Below are positions 13,201-27,615 of a DNA stretch of 64,000 nucleotides, one piece after another (the first letter of the stretch is position 1; each line of letters opens with the position of its first letter). Position numbers and translations under genes: made by a program. The notes under the pieces are model-generated. The model was not told the DNA's origin. It did no database searches and saw only the letters and a program-made list of their open reading frames with translations. Origin of the DNA: the human T2T-CHM13v2.0 reference genome, Homo sapiens; the NCBI RefSeq assembly GCF_009914755.1, contig NC_060944.1; one strand, written 5' to 3'.

Positions 13201-14000
13201 GCTTGGAGAAGGCTTCGCTGCAGTTTCAAGACTTTGCGTGCTCCTCTCCATTTGATTTCAACAGCAAGAGAGCCACCATGATGGGTACCCTTCAGATGTG
13301 GAAAGTGTTCAAGGGAGTTTGGTGGCTGCAAATAGAGCTGGGAGTCCATTTAATCCGATTAGCAGTTCCGCAAAATGGGCCTCGACCCATTGTGGACAGA
13401 AGCCTTTACTTTATTTGTTTCCATTAGCCAAGAATCAGTTATCAGAAAAGTGGAATTTTGCCCCATCAGATTGCCCAATCAACAGAAAATAAATGAGGAA
13501 ATAGTCTAATGTGTCAATATTTGTCTTTTGGCCCTAATTGTCCACAGAGGGGACTTGCTGAGTGTGTGAAGTTGGCAGCCTGGGTTTATCTGTGTACTCT
13601 TGATGGTTTTTCCCACTGTGTAGGCACCGGAGCCGCTACGTGCACAGTAATGACATCTCAAAGGCCAACAGCACTGGCTGGAGAATAAAGGCGTTTTAAA
13701 GGTCTAAGAACACTGGATTGAAGAGCCAAGGAGAACCCTTGATGGATGAGGAGGAAGGCAGAGCCCAGCAAATGACAAGGCATTTGTGACCAGGTTTCCA
13801 ATGCCGGAGTGAGGTAGAACAAAAGTACTGAAGAGACAGGAGCTTCCGTTCCTGCCCCGGTGCCAGCTTGTCTTTCCCGTTTCCCAGGAAGCTCAGCTGA
13901 CTACAAGCCTACGGGGGTACGGCCCTCCTCTTATTTCTGTTGCCTCTTGTTAGTTGAGAAATGTTAGTGTCTCAAATTGTTTTAGTCCCTCAAATTGCCT
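7250..14000. promoter_or_regulatory. Repeat-free block, probable conserved non-coding/enhancer cluster
   Basis: About 6.7 kb with no recognisable TE in a TE-dense window; dense homeodomain, SOX, TCF, GATA and POU motifs. Confidence 0.55.
12034..12078. repeat. Compound (GA)n-(GT)n microsatellite
   Basis: Seen directly. Confidence 0.95.
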
Positions 14001-14009
14001 TTAAGGATA

Positions 14010-14230
14010 ATGGTAATAAAATGATTTAAGCTACAATATTTGAGTATTCACTATTTACCAGATACTATTCTAGGCACCGAATATTTGATTTCCCCCCAAG
14101 CCCCATGAGATGCTGCTATCATTAGGCCCATTTTACAGATGAGTCACTGAGGCCCTGAAAATAATTTGCCCATATTCACTCCACCAGTGGCCACAGAGCC
14201 ATGCCTTGAACCTAGGCAGTCTCACAGGCT
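14010..14230 (-). mobile_element. MIR
   Basis: 'cccattttacagatgagtcactgagg' MIR core. Confidence 0.8.
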
Positions 14231-14296
14231 TTTCATTACCACTGGACCCCAGATTCCAGGGCCAGGCCTAGAGAGCCAGTGTCTCTTCAAATTTTA

Positions 14297-14714
<418 letters not shown>

Positions 14715-15598
14715 TCAAGCCACAACAATGGCAGAAATGGTGCACAAGCCCATCTCACACAGTCCCCCTGACTGAATGTTTTCAATAACAAAATCCCACT
14801 CAGTTTTCACAGAATCTTTTCACTGAAGGTGGGACAGAAATTTTGATTATCCAGGCCTCCTTTAGGCCTCTCAGACCACAGTGACACTTGAGCCCCAAGT
14901 CAGCAGAGATCGCTGCCAAAGAGTCACGCTTTAGCAACTTATCTGGACTGTGGACAATGGCCGTGAACTGACCCTTTTCCCCTTGTTCAGCTGAAAGGTG
15001 CCCTCCCCTCTGGTTCCCTGAGATGAGCCGTGGCTCCTGATTCATTCCGAGAAGACAGCAATCGGATCTAATCATGGAGCACAACACACGCTGGATGGGC
15101 CATCAGCGCAGAGCCATAATCTCTGCCTGGAGTGAGTTCTTCCATAACTCCAGCCCATTGCACAAAATTGACGGGCTCTTTTCTTTTTGGCTGGATCTGA
15201 TAGCATTCTGGGAAGTCTTTGTACCGCTTTATATCACAGGATCACTATACCTGTGTGGGAATGTTAACAAAACTATGGTTATGAAACACTGATATTATCT
15301 CTTAGTAAATTAAATCTGCCTTTCCTACGAATAGTGGAGTTAAGAAAGCTGAGACAAATTCTTTTTTCGAAAAACATTTCTTTGAATTCTATATTACTCA
15401 CACGTAGGTTATTTTCTCTTCTTTGCAATTCTACTGGGCCCATTCCTCTCTAATAATGTGATGTGGTGTCATCACATGGCCAAACATCTTTTTGACCTCC
15501 CATAATAGCTTCTCAGAGACACAGGTGAAGGTCATTCCCATTTGCATGGCCCTCAATACCTGATGAACACCCAGGAGGTGCCAGCAATGTTTGGCAAG

Positions 15599-16071
15599 CA
15601 TATCAGTCTCCTATTGCTGCCGTAACCAATTACCGTATGTTTAGTGGCTAAAAATAATTTAAATAAGTTTTCTTACAGTTCTGGAGGTCAGAAGTTCAAA
15701 ATGGGTCTTAAAGGTATCAGCTGGGCTGGTTCATTCCGGAGGCTCCAGAAGCGTCCCTCCCTTGCCTCTCCCAGGGTTTAGAGGCTGCTAGCATTCCTTG
15801 GTACCAGGCTGCATCACTCCAACCTCTGCTTCTACCTCTGCTTCTGTCCTCATGTCACCTTCTCCCACTGTGATGTCCTACCTCTCTCTCATTAGGATCC
15901 TTTTGATTATATCAAGCCCACCCAGGTAAACCAGGATCATCTCCCTATCTCAAGATCCTTAACTTGATCCCATCTGAAAAGTCCCTTTGACCATAGAAGG
16001 TAACATGCATAGTTCCAGGAATTAGAACAAGGGCATTGGGGGAGGAGGGGATGAGTTATTCAGCCTACAAC
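15599..16071 (-). mobile_element. MLT1D MaLR solo LTR
   Basis: 'tattgctgccgtaac...cagttctggaggtcagaag...atctcaagatccttaac...attcagcctacaaca'. Confidence 0.85.
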
Positions 16072-16107
16072 ATGCAATCGATCCTGGGAAGAGAGGCAAA
16101 GTGCTCG

Positions 16108-16400
16108 TCATTCATTTGTTCATTCATTCATTCATCCAGCTGCAAATGTGAGTTTGTGGGCACCATGTTCGGCCCCAGGACTGCAGTAGAGAGCAGGACA
16201 GTCTTCCCGTTGTGAAGCGTGAGATCCATAGAGGGAACGGCAGAGATCAGATGACAGGGAGCCCATCCAGCCTGGGATGGGCACTTGTGTCCAGAAAGTC
16301 AGCCCTGAGAAAGTGACATTTATGCCAGGGCCTGAGGGAAGGGTAGGACTTTGCCAGGGGAAGAGGTTAGGGAAAGGTGAAAAAGCCACAAAGGCAAAAT
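16108..16400 (-). mobile_element. L2 3' region
   Basis: (ttca)n tail and 'gagaaagtgacattt' L2 motif. Confidence 0.65.
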
Positions 16401-16610
16401 GACCATCCAACCTTCAAGTAATTGTCAGTCTAGAGGGGTAGTGTTTAACTGCAGTGACAATGATTTTCATTGTCTACTATGGTCGAAGCTGAGACCTCTC
16501 TTCTAAGTGAGCATTAATGTTTCTGTTGTTTTCTTGAAAGGGCGAAGGATCCCAGGGGGTAAGAGGAAGGTGGGGCAAGTCAGCAGAAGCTTACTCCATC
16601 TTCAACTTCT

Positions 16611-16916
<306 letters not shown>

Positions 16917-17016
16917 TCCGTCACTTCTGATTGGACTCTTGGGCTGCATAGCTTCCATGACCAAAAGGTCCTATACTAAGGATATTTACACAGCCTCTGG
17001 AAAGCTGCTGCAAGAC

Positions 17017-17880
17017 ACTTATTAATTACAAAGGGAAAAATAGTCAATTCAAGTAAAGAAGCATGATGGGCCAGTGATCAGAGCCAACATCACCAGTCAT
17101 GGAACAACTTGACATCATGCACCTCTTAATAGGATGCATTGAGAGGGGTTCCACAGCAGTCTTCCTGGGGTATTCCTGCCCCACGTGTATCTCCTCAATA
17201 CAGTCAGGAGGAAACATCAGACAAACCCAAACTGAGGGATGTTCTGTAAAACAGGTGACCTATACTTTTCAAAACTGACAATATCGCAAATGACAAACCT
17301 ACTTTTGTCTCTATAGATTTGCCACTTCTGGATATTGAATGCAAATGGAATCATGCAATATGTAGTCATTTGTGACTGGCTTCTTTCACTTAGTGTAATG
17401 TTTTCAAGGTTTGTAGCTACATCAGCACTTCACTTATTGTTATGGCTGAATAGTATTTCATTGTATGGGTATATTGCATTTTGTTTAGCCCTTCATCAAT
17501 TTCCACTTTGAGGCTATTATGAATAATACTGCTATGAACATCCACACACAAATGTTTTTGTGGACGTACGTTTTCATTTATCCTGGGCGTATACCTAGGA
17601 GTGGGATTGCTGGTCATGTGGTAGCTCTATCTTTGACCTTTTGAGGAAGTGGAAGTTGTTTCCAAAGTGGCTGCACCATTGTACAGTCCCATCACCATTG
17701 TACATTGTAGTGTGTGATGGTCTCAGTTTCTCCACACTTATCAACACTTATTTTCTGTCTTTTTTATTCTAGTCATCCTAGGGAGTTCACATTGGTATCT
17801 CATTGTGGTTTTGATTCCTTGTACTATTCTTACTTTTCTGTAAGTCTGAAATTGTGTCAAAATAGAAAATGAAAAGAAAG
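17017..17880 (+). mobile_element. L1MC4-like 3' end, interrupted by an antisense L1MB
   Basis: 'aattacaaagggaaaaatag', 'gaggaaacatcagacaaacccaaactgaggga'; resumes at ~17817 with 'tttctgtaagtctgaaatt'. Confidence 0.7.
17298..17816 (-). mobile_element. L1MB fragment
   Basis: 'aaatggaatcatgcaatatg...ggcttctttcacttag...atacctaggagtgggattgctgg'. Confidence 0.85.
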
Positions 17881-19027
17881 CTATTCTGTGTCATTATTAT
17901 TCTATGATAAAAGGATGTTGGGGAGAAATCTTATTTCTCTCTGAAACTGAGCTGATGAATCAACGTACAGATCCTGAGGATAAGAGCAGAGCTAATGACC
18001 TGAGTTCTAGAAATTCCAATACTTTCTGGGCCCACTGTTTCCATTCATTCACTCAAAAAACATTTACCAAGCTCCAATTATAAATTTATAATAAGATGGG
18101 TAAGTATTAGTCCCAGAGAGATATTCTCCGTCTCATGGGAGGAAATATATTTAAACTAATACTATTGTATTGCCTTTCCATTATTCATTACTCTCCAATT
18201 TGCCACAGACCCCACCACTCACTATTGTCTGAGTACCTGCTATGCTCATTTCCCAGTCCTTGCTTGGCCCTATAAGTACTCAATCTTGCAAGTATGACAG
18301 AGAGAGCACCTGACCATTTGATAATGTCAGAGAAAGCCTCCCAGTGGCAAGCGCCTGTCTAACATTAGGGTAAATTCAGGTTGTACTCTATGTACAGAAT
18401 TCCCCTGACCTGACCTATTAAATCCTACAAAAGAGAAAAGAATATTTGTCAACACGTTTGCACATCTCAATAGACTCTTAACAACTATAGTTTCTCTCTT
18501 AATTCTCTTAAATCATCTGCTTAATAATTGACTTATTTGTCAGAAATTGACATTACTACTCATTGTCTTCAGTTGGTTACCCATAAAGCAAACCCACTCA
18601 AACTGGATTAAGAAAAAGAGACCCACGTTAACAGATGTGGCTTTGAACTTGGCTAGACCCAGGGTCCTTCCACAGCTCAGCTCAGGTGGCTTCTGTTTCG
18701 GTTTCATTCTAGGAAACCCCCTCCATGGATTGGGCTCCGAAGCCCCCAGGCCTATACTTTTCTCACATTAGCAATCCCACACTTCCAACAGATTTTAGAA
18801 TCAGTATCTTTAGCTTACCATCTCGACGCCTTTCTGCTTTATCACATCCTACACTGTCAGCAAATCATGTCCACTTTCCTCGAATTAGATCCTGAATCTG
18901 GTAAATTATCACCACCTCCACCACTTAGCCTCCGCTACCTAAGTCATCTTTACTTCTCATCTGCAGCCCGGCCATAGCCTCCTAACTGGTCTTCTTGATT
19001 GTTATCCTTGACCTCTACGGTCTACTG

Positions 19028-19318
19028 TTTTTTTGTTTTTTTGTTTTTGAGACGGAGTCTCACTCTGTCACCCAGGCTGGAGTGCAGTCAGCTTACTGCA
19101 ACCTCTGCCTCCTGGGTTCAAGCAATTCTCCTGCATCAGCCTCTTGAATAGCTGGGATTACAGGCACGCACCACCACGCACTGCTAATTTTTGTATTTTT
19201 AGTAGAGACAGGGTTTCACCATGTTGGTCAGACAGGTCTTGAACTCCTGACCTCATGATCCACCCGCCTTGGCCTCCCAAAGTGTTGGGATTACAGGTGT
19301 TAGCCACCATGCCCGTCC
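19028..19318 (-). mobile_element. AluSg-like
   Basis: Antisense Alu, 'gacctcatgatc'; TSD tacggtctact at 19016-19026 and 19319-19329. Confidence 0.93.
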
Positions 19319-19456
19319 TACGGTCTACTATTTATACAACCCCTGGAGTGATCCTTTCAAACCTTGTCAGATCACATCACTCCTCTGTTCAAAAATTTCC
19401 AATGGCTTCCATCTAGGACACAATAAAACCCAAGTCCACCCCAAAGCCTTGCCTGA

Positions 19457-19969
<513 letters not shown>

Positions 19970-20382
19970 AGATGTCTCTTTATCAAAGGTCTCCAGGCCT
20001 TCCCTGACAATTTTATCCAAAGTAGCTATGCCCATCAAGCCCTATCCTGGTCTATCTTTATTTTTCTTCATTGTACTCATCAGCACCTCATACATGATAT
20101 ACTTATTATTTTTCTTAGTTTGTCTGCTGCCCCCACCACTGGAATATAAGAGAAAGAATTTGTTTTTTGTTTTGTTCATTGCTGAATTCTTAGAGCCTAT
20201 CACAGTGCTCAGGCAATAGATATTTACCCAGTGAATGAAGAAATGTCTAGATTATTCCTTCAAACAATTACTGTGGCAATGGGAAGGGAATGCATGGTTT
20301 ATGTATCCTAAGTCTGATGGGGCAGAGTGATTAGCTCTATCCAAACCTCATAGAGTAAGAAAAAGAGAGAGGAGTGGTTTTC

Positions 20383-20842
20383 TGTCTTGACCTGGCTTCC
20401 CCTAGAAAGCAGAAACAGATATAAGGGCTTGCTGCAGATAGTTCATTTTGGGAAGTGTTCCCAGGGAGTGGGGCACGGGCTGGGAACAGTGAAATAAGGA
20501 AAGCCAGTACAGCTATGCATTAAACAAAGGCAGTGAGGCTCTACCCAGCCTCAAAATTAGGGCCCCAAGGGACAGCAGAGGGAAGCATTTATCCACGGGC
20601 TTTCATCCCCCACAGGTCAAGGGCGTCCATAACTCAGCATTTCCAGGTTTTCCCAGGTTTGCTAAGAGGGCTCCCACAGATATTCTGCGCCCCAAGCAGA
20701 AAGTGAGATAGAAGTGGTCCAGTGGTGCAACTAAGGCATGGTCCTTTTAGGTTACTGCTGCATGAAGGTGGTTGCCACATCACCAGTTAGAATAAAAGAT
20801 GGCCAAAGAAAATGTAAACAGAGAAAAAATACAACCAATACA
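20383..20842 (-). mobile_element. ERVL LTR (LTR33/LTR41-like), 3' LTR of a degraded provirus
   Basis: 'tgtcttgacctggcttcccctagaaagcaga...ttgggaagtgttcccaggga'; adjoined by a PPT-like 'gtccatccct'. Confidence 0.7.
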
Positions 20843-22150
20843 GTCCATCCCTCAGTCCACTAGGATCTACGAATGCAGATTTTCTTAACCCTCAATTGGT
20901 ACATCAGAAAGTCTAGGTGGCTTGCTTGTGACCTAGACATTCATCACTGAAGGAAGTCTATGGTTGCTTCACCCTTAATGAGCTGCTACAATGACAGCTA
21001 CCTCTGGACGTGAAAACACCAAGAGACACCCCAGTGTAACAAAGATCTTCAGAGGCATTAGGGCTGATTACTACCACCAGAACAATAACTCCTGTGTTTG
21101 TCCACGAGCATGAAGAGTCCAAAATAACCAGATTCATAGTTTCCAGTTCAGTGGATCCCTTTCTTTGTTCTACTGTGTAAGCATTCCCCTTCCTGAGGCC
21201 AAGACCTCTAATTCAGAGAAAACAGTTGGGAGATGTAAGTACAACATCTGAAAGTGGATTACTGGGACTGATACAAAGAAAGACCAATCATACTAACAAT
21301 TTTTGGTTTCCTGACCAGTGAATTCTAATTACAGGGTCACAGCACCCTATACTGGTCACTGGCTTACTGTATATAATGGTTCCCAGACGATAGTATCCGA
21401 ATTCCACAAGATACATCCCTGAGATGGTAACTTAGCTAAGCCTTTAGCAGACCATTCTGTCATTCTATTAGGCTGGCTGTTTCTGGTTGGACCAGTGGAT
21501 CCCATGGTCATTTGTCTGTTATCACATATCCTTCTCCATTGAATGGTCCCTTATCTGAGACAATAATGTGCAGGGCCCCATGTCAGTAAATCAGGTATCC
21601 TGTAAACCCTGAGAGAGTGGTGTTGACAAAGGCATTGAGTTCAAACAGGGCAAACATATATCCAGAGTAGTGTCAATTCAAGTAAGAACAAATTGTTTCC
21701 CAGTTCAGGATGAAAGGTGTTTGATGTAATCAACCTGCTATCTAATGGCTGGCTGATGTCCTTGAGGGATGGTGCTATGCTTAGAGTGCAACTTCTGTCT
21801 TTTCTGTTGGCAGGTTGGGCATTGGGCAGTGGCAGCAGCTAGCACCATCTTGGCAAGAAGGCACACACACATGGCCTCCATCCCCACCACAATGGTCATC
21901 TACTCAGGAACCCATTTCAGAAATACTGGAGTAGCCTAGGAAAGAAGTTAGGGGATATTCAGAGGATGAGTCATTCATTAGGAAAAGCCCACCTCTCAGA
22001 GCATTAGAATAAGACACAGCATCCCCTACCCACTGCCATAGGTCAGTTCTCGTACTCATACCCAGATGCCTTTGTCTTCCTTTTTCCAATCTTATTCTCT
22101 CCAGACCTCTAATCAACCAACTAAACCATTCACTACAGTCATGGACTGAG
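20843..22150 (-). pseudogene. ERVL internal pol remnant: dUTPase, integrase, RNase H
   Basis: Minus-strand translations PLNWKL..GYFGLFM..GVIVL (21061-21160), PETASLIE*QNGLLK (21433-21486), VVNGLVG*LEVWRE*DWKKEDKGIW (~22065-22145). Confidence 0.85.
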
Positions 22151-22152
22151 GG

Positions 22153-22288
22153 CTTTCAGTGTATCCATTGCTAGAATGACATACATTGCACCCATTAAAT
22201 AGTTTGTCATCTTCTGTCCCCCTCCCACTCTCACCCTTTTGAGTCTCCATTGTCTATCATTCCACACTCTATGTCCATGTGTACATTT
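22153..22288 (-). mobile_element. L1MA/L1PB 3' UTR fragment
   Basis: 'gagtctccattgtctatcattccacactctatgtccatgtgtaca'. Confidence 0.75.
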
Positions 22289-22415
22289 AACGACTCTTTA
22301 CAAGACATTTGGAAAAAAATTAATTAGTGAATTAAAAAATCACTTTTTTCAGTTAAACAAAGAATGAAAGAGTGGGAGGTCCTCATCATTTCCTCATCCA
22401 ATTGACATATATGTG

Positions 22416-22565
22416 TGTATTAGTCTGTTCTCACACTGCTATAAAGACATACCTGAGGTCGGGTGATTTATAAAGAAAAGAGATTTAATTGACTCACAGT
22501 TCTGCATGGCTGGGGAGGCCTCAGGAAACTTGCAATCATGGCAGAAAGTAAAGGGGAAGCAAGGC
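22416..22565 (-). mobile_element. MSTA/THE1-type MaLR LTR, truncated
   Basis: 'tgtattagtctgttctcacactgctataaag...ggctggggaggcctcaggaaact'. Confidence 0.88.
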
Positions 22566-23313
22566 CATTTATCTATTTTTGTTTTTATTGCATTTGCTTT
22601 TGGAGTCTTCATCATTAATTCTTTGCCTAGGCCAATGTCCAGAAGAGTTTTTCCTGTGTTTTCTTCCAGGAATTTTATTGTTTTAGGTCTTACACTTAAG
22701 TCTTTAATCCATCTTGAGTTAATTTTTGTATATGGTGGGAGACGGGGGTCCAGTTTCGTTCTTCTGCATATGGCTAACCAATTTTTCCAGTACCACTTAT
22801 TGAATAGAGTATCCTTTCCCCATTGTTTATTTTTGTCAAATTTGTAGAAGATCAGTTGGTTGTGGGTATGTGGCTTTATATTCAGGTTCTCTATTCTGTT
22901 CCATTGATCTACGTGTCTATTTGTACCAGGACCATACTGTTTTAGTTTTACATGCTATTTTAATAGTATAATACCTTGAAATCAGGCAACGTGATGCCTC
23001 AAAATTTGTTCTGTTTGCTTAGGATTGCTTTGGCTATTCGGGATCTTTTTTTGGTTCCATATAAACTTTAGGATAGTTTTTTTTCTAATTCTGTGAAAAT
23101 GCCTTTGGTCACTTGATAAGAATTGTTTTGAATTTGTAGATTGCTTTGGGCAGTGTGGTCATTTTAATGATATTGATTCTTTCTATCTCTGAGCCTGGAA
23201 TGTTTTCCCATTTGTGTCATCTGTGATTTCTTTCATCAGTGGTTTATAGTTCTCCTTTAGGAGGTGTTTTACCTCCTTGGTAAAATGTGTTCCTGGGTAT
23301 TGTGTGTGTGTAA

Positions 23314-23344
<31 letters not shown>

Positions 23345-23686
23345 ATAAATCAGATGGCATCCTGATTTTGTTCTCAGCTTAGACGTTACTGGCGTAGAGC
23401 AATGCTACTGATTTTTGTACGTTGATTTTTGTATCCTGCAACTACTGAACTTACTGATCAAGTCTAGAAATCTTTTGGAATAGTCTTTAGGGTTTTCTAG
23501 GCATACAATCATGTCATCAACAAACAGAGATCATTTGACTTCCTCTTTTCCAATTTGGATGCCTTTTATTTCTTTCTCTTGCCTTATTGCTCTGGCTAGT
23601 ACTTCCAGTACTACGTTGAATAGGAGCAGTAAGAGTGGCCATTCTTGTCTTGTTCCAGTTTTTAGGGGGAATGCTTTCAACATTTC
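22566..23686 (-). mobile_element. L1PB ORF2 fragment with internal (TG)n
   Basis: 'ctttgcctaggccaatgtccagaagag', 'tttaatccatcttgagtt', 'tttgacttcctcttttccaatttggatgcc'. Confidence 0.92.
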
Positions 23687-23699
23687 ATTCTTAAAGTCT

Positions 23700-24100
23700 T
23701 TGAGAGTGGCACAATGGCTCCTGAGATATGTTTTTCTGATTTACTACTTTGGCCAGGACAGGGAAGGAGCAGCTTAAGGGGATTCTACTCGGCCCTTCCT
23801 TCCATAATACCTCTTCATCCACATAACAGGAAATCAATGTGAGGATTCTTTCAGCTGCTAATGATTGCCATCCTAATTATGCATCTGAGTGTGAGGCCTC
23901 ATTGGACACACTGTGAGATCAACTTGTCCAGAATTCCACTTGTCATCTGACCTCCATAAAACCCACTCTAATAGGAGCCCATAATGTTGTTTTGGGTCCC
24001 CTAGTATCCATGTCAGCTCAGTTCTATATCAAATAGCTCTGTAAAGATCTGTGTATTTCCTTTTTCCTAGTGCACAGTTGCCATAGCAAATGGTCATGAT
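23700..24100 (-). pseudogene. ERVL protease remnant
   Basis: Minus-strand PFAMATVH*EKGNTQIF..ELTWILGDPK resembles the ERVL protease N-terminus. Confidence 0.75.
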
Positions 24101-24614
24101 AGTCTAATTGACTGAAAAACAGATGAAAGGGAAAGTTTGTAGAAGAAAGTGAGAGAAACTCAAAAAGTCTATACCCATAGAAAGAACATAGACTTTGGAT
24201 CCCTATATATCTGTGCTGGATTTCCACTCTCCCACCCATTGGCTATGTAATCTTCAACATCACCTGAAAAGTGGGACTGCTAAAGCCTACCTTGCAGGGA
24301 CATTCCAAATAAACAGATACAGTAAAGGGCCAACACACAGCAGACTCTCATTAAACAAGTAGCTGTTCTATTAATATTACCAAAGAAACATTCCACACGG
24401 AGGTTCATGCAGCACAGTCTTGGGTAAATAATGAGACCTTTATATGGAAGCTTTCTGTATAGAACAGTTTCACTTGGTGATGTTGAGGTAAAAGAACAAT
24501 GAGCATCTGCATATAGTAAAGGAAGTGTGCCTTTGGGGCAACTGGATCTTACCAAGGAACAGGAAGGTGGTCTGAAATGATATGGTCATGAAAACAAGGG
24601 CTAGATTTATATAC

Positions 24615-25094
24615 CGTCTTAGTTTGAACTCCACTAAAGCACTGTCTTAGTTAGGGACTTGGGTGCTGATGGTTAATTTGGGAGGTGATTCCAGGGAGGG
24701 AAGGTGGGAAGTGTTACAGAAGAGGAAAATCTAGTAAAATATATGTTATTAAGCTTGTTACTGCTGTGGGCAACTGAGGCTCAATTCTGCTGGTAAATCC
24801 TATAGCATGCACTTCATTATCCTCCCTTCAAAAGACTAGAAGTTGGAAAATCCATGTTTAACTGCTATCAGCCATTGTTTTAGGACTACCCCAGGAGGCA
24901 TTGCTTCCAGCCTACCTGGGGCACCTGTGGCTGAGCAAACTTTCATGGCTCCAGAGAGCCTAAACAAGGCAAACAGAGCTTTGTGATAGGTTATTGAAGT
25001 AAGAGAGTAACACATACTTAGGAGATGTCTGCCATCGCCAAAATCAGAGGCCAGCTAAGGGCATGTCACACAGAACACAAAAAAGTCTCCTACA
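24615..25094 (-). mobile_element. ERVL LTR (LTR33-like)
   Basis: 'tttgggaggtgattccaggga', 'gttactgctgtgggcaactgaggctcaat'. Confidence 0.7.
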
Positions 25095-26138
25095 TACATT
25101 CTTACATTTTCAGATTTCATTGTTATTTTTTGGCTAAGCCACTGAGGTGTTTTGTTTTGTTATCTTCAGTTTGCCCTTCTCCAACGGTCTCAAGAAAGAC
25201 CATAATGATCTCACATTTGCTCTATGGCTTTCTGGCATTTGCTTCTGAGGCTACCTAACATAGCACAAGAACTTTCTTGAGAATTTTTTAAACATGGTGG
25301 CCTTCCCTGATGTGCAGTCGCTATACATGGCAGGAAGCAGAGTGCATGGGGTACCAGGTCCAACACAGATATCAGCAGCAAAATGTAGTGCTTGGATTTG
25401 GAAGAGTGTCTAAAGGATTTGGGTTCTACAAACATTGCCTTTTTGGCAGCTTGGAACAGCTATAATCCTGTGTCCATAAATTTCATTTTATTTTAAGAGA
25501 AGCTGTGCCTATTTTCCTTTAGCTGATAAGAAGTCTCCTTGCATTATGAACAAAACTCCAAAGCTTATGTGCAAATTCATTTGGCTCTACCTCAGAAACT
25601 TCCCAATTTCCCATTTCAGGCCTGTGTACAATAGAAACATCTTTCTTTTAATTGATTCTGGAGAGAATTATAATCAGTCTTTGGCTTGGGCATCCCAGCT
25701 TCAGGAGGTGAAAGAGATGTTATGGTGATTGGCTTTCTGGTTTCTTGGTGGCCCCACAAGGGATGTACACAAGGCCAGGGGTCTGCTCTGCTTCATCAGA
25801 ACCTAGGCCCTTGGGGCAAGAATGGAGGACTGGCAGAGCGAAAGCAGGCTGAAGCTGCCATGTCAGCCCAGTTTCTCCAAGATTACCATTCCCCACCCAT
25901 GCCCCTGCCCCCACCAAAAATTAAAGACAAAAGAAGTAGAGTTTCTCTAAATGAAATGTTTTTTGTAAAGTCTTTCCAGAGAAGCTGCTAATAACATGCA
26001 CCGTTGTTTGGCATATACTTTTATGATTTAGAGAATGCTCTTTTTTCTCAGGACAGAATGCACATCCAATATCATGTGTTGAAATACATCCTTCTTCCTC
26101 AGAATCATTTTCCTTCCCTTTAAAATGTGGAGCCTGTT

Positions 26139-26640
26139 TGTTAGGACAGCTTTGATTGCAAGTGACAGAAACCCAACTGGAACTGGCTTAAATACAAAGG
26201 GATCGTATCATAATGGTCCTGGGCTGTTTCACAGGAACAAGGGCAGCAACCTAGAGCTGTGAGAGGAATGTGCTCAGCCTCGGGAGCAACTAGATTCAGG
26301 GGACACAGTCAGTCCCCAGGTAGGTGCTCTCTCCAACTTTTGGATGTGTCCCTCTTTGTACAGCTGCATTACTCTTCTCTCTACTGTGAATTTATTTGTT
26401 CTGTCCCTCTGGCTCATAAAGTAAAATACAGCCTAGATAATTTCCAAGATTTATGTCCTAAAGCCCAGCCACCAAGAGGAGATTAGATGTTTCAGCTCCA
26501 AAGTTTCCAGAGAAAGACTCTACTTGACTTGCTTTATACTGTCAACTATGGTCGTGAAATAACATGGTGGATCCCTCTATAACCATGACAGTGATTGTAG
26601 GGCAAAGTCCTCAGTAAAAAAGGAGATCATTGGTAGTCAA
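26139..26640 (-). mobile_element. Old MaLR LTR (MLT1K/L-like)
   Basis: 'ttgcaagtgacagaaacccaactggaactggcttaa'. Confidence 0.7.
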
Positions 26641-27115
26641 ACCATCATTCTCTCTTATAAAAGGGTTGGGCCTACTAACCATTAAGGTTCCTTCCAGCTT
26701 TAGTAGACCAGCTTGCATTCGCTGGTTGACTTAGGTGCTGAGTTCAAGGGAGCCAGTAGTTGTGTGTTTCCCAAACATGGCGGAAATCTGCCCCAGCCAA
26801 AGGCAGAGCCTGCCATAATGGAACCTGAAGCATCCCCAGTTACCAATGCTGCCAAGTCCCCTCTCTCCCAAGGCTTTTCACTCAATGAGTTGTTACACAT
26901 TTAAGCTTACAAACAGCTCCCTTGGGCACACTGTAATACCCAACCGAAAATCCTGCCACCTGAGGTTGCCTTTGTTCTGAGTCAGAAATTATTGCCTCCA
27001 AGATGGGAACCATCGGAATCAAGAGTAATTAAAATTCCAAATCAGTGCTGTAGAGTGATACTCTTTACCTTTATGGATTATAAAATCAATAAATCTTTAG
27101 CAATATGGGAGCCAT

Positions 27116-27490
27116 TCACCATTCATTCATTCATTCATTCATTCATTCATTCTACAAGTCTTTTTACATCCCTACTATGAGCAAAGTACCATCTAGATTC
27201 AAGTGGTGCAAAATTAAATACTATGTTATTCCTGCATTTACAGAACTCAGTTCTCTGTTTACATCTGTTGTGGAGACATATGTAAGCAAGTAGTTGTAAT
27301 AGTATACAAAAGATACAAAAATAGAATTAAATGGCATGATGAAAAAAATTATTGTGTCCAAAAAAAGGGTATAGAGCTTACACAAGAATTCATAAGAGAG
27401 ATGATATCTGAAATGGTTCTGTAGAAGTGAAAAGGAGTTTCCCAGGGCAACCTAGAAGAATAGATAATTCCAAACAGAGCATATGAATGG
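27116..27490 (-). mobile_element. L2c with (CATT)n tail
   Basis: (catt)n followed by L2-like body. Confidence 0.65.
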
Positions 27491-27615
27491 GATTTTTCTG
27501 AAAATCAGAGGCATCACACCAAGGACATCCAACTAGTTGGCTGATGAAGAATCCTGCTGCAAGGAATCATGAATTTCTCATGTCAGATTTGTGTTATTCT
27601 AGGAAGTTTCCTTGC

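Noticed and set aside
24615-25094. 5' LTR partner of the ERVL provirus
   Set aside because: Same orientation but visibly different from the LTR at 20383, no gag or PBS recognised, and a MIR-like fragment intervenes; probably an independent solo LTR
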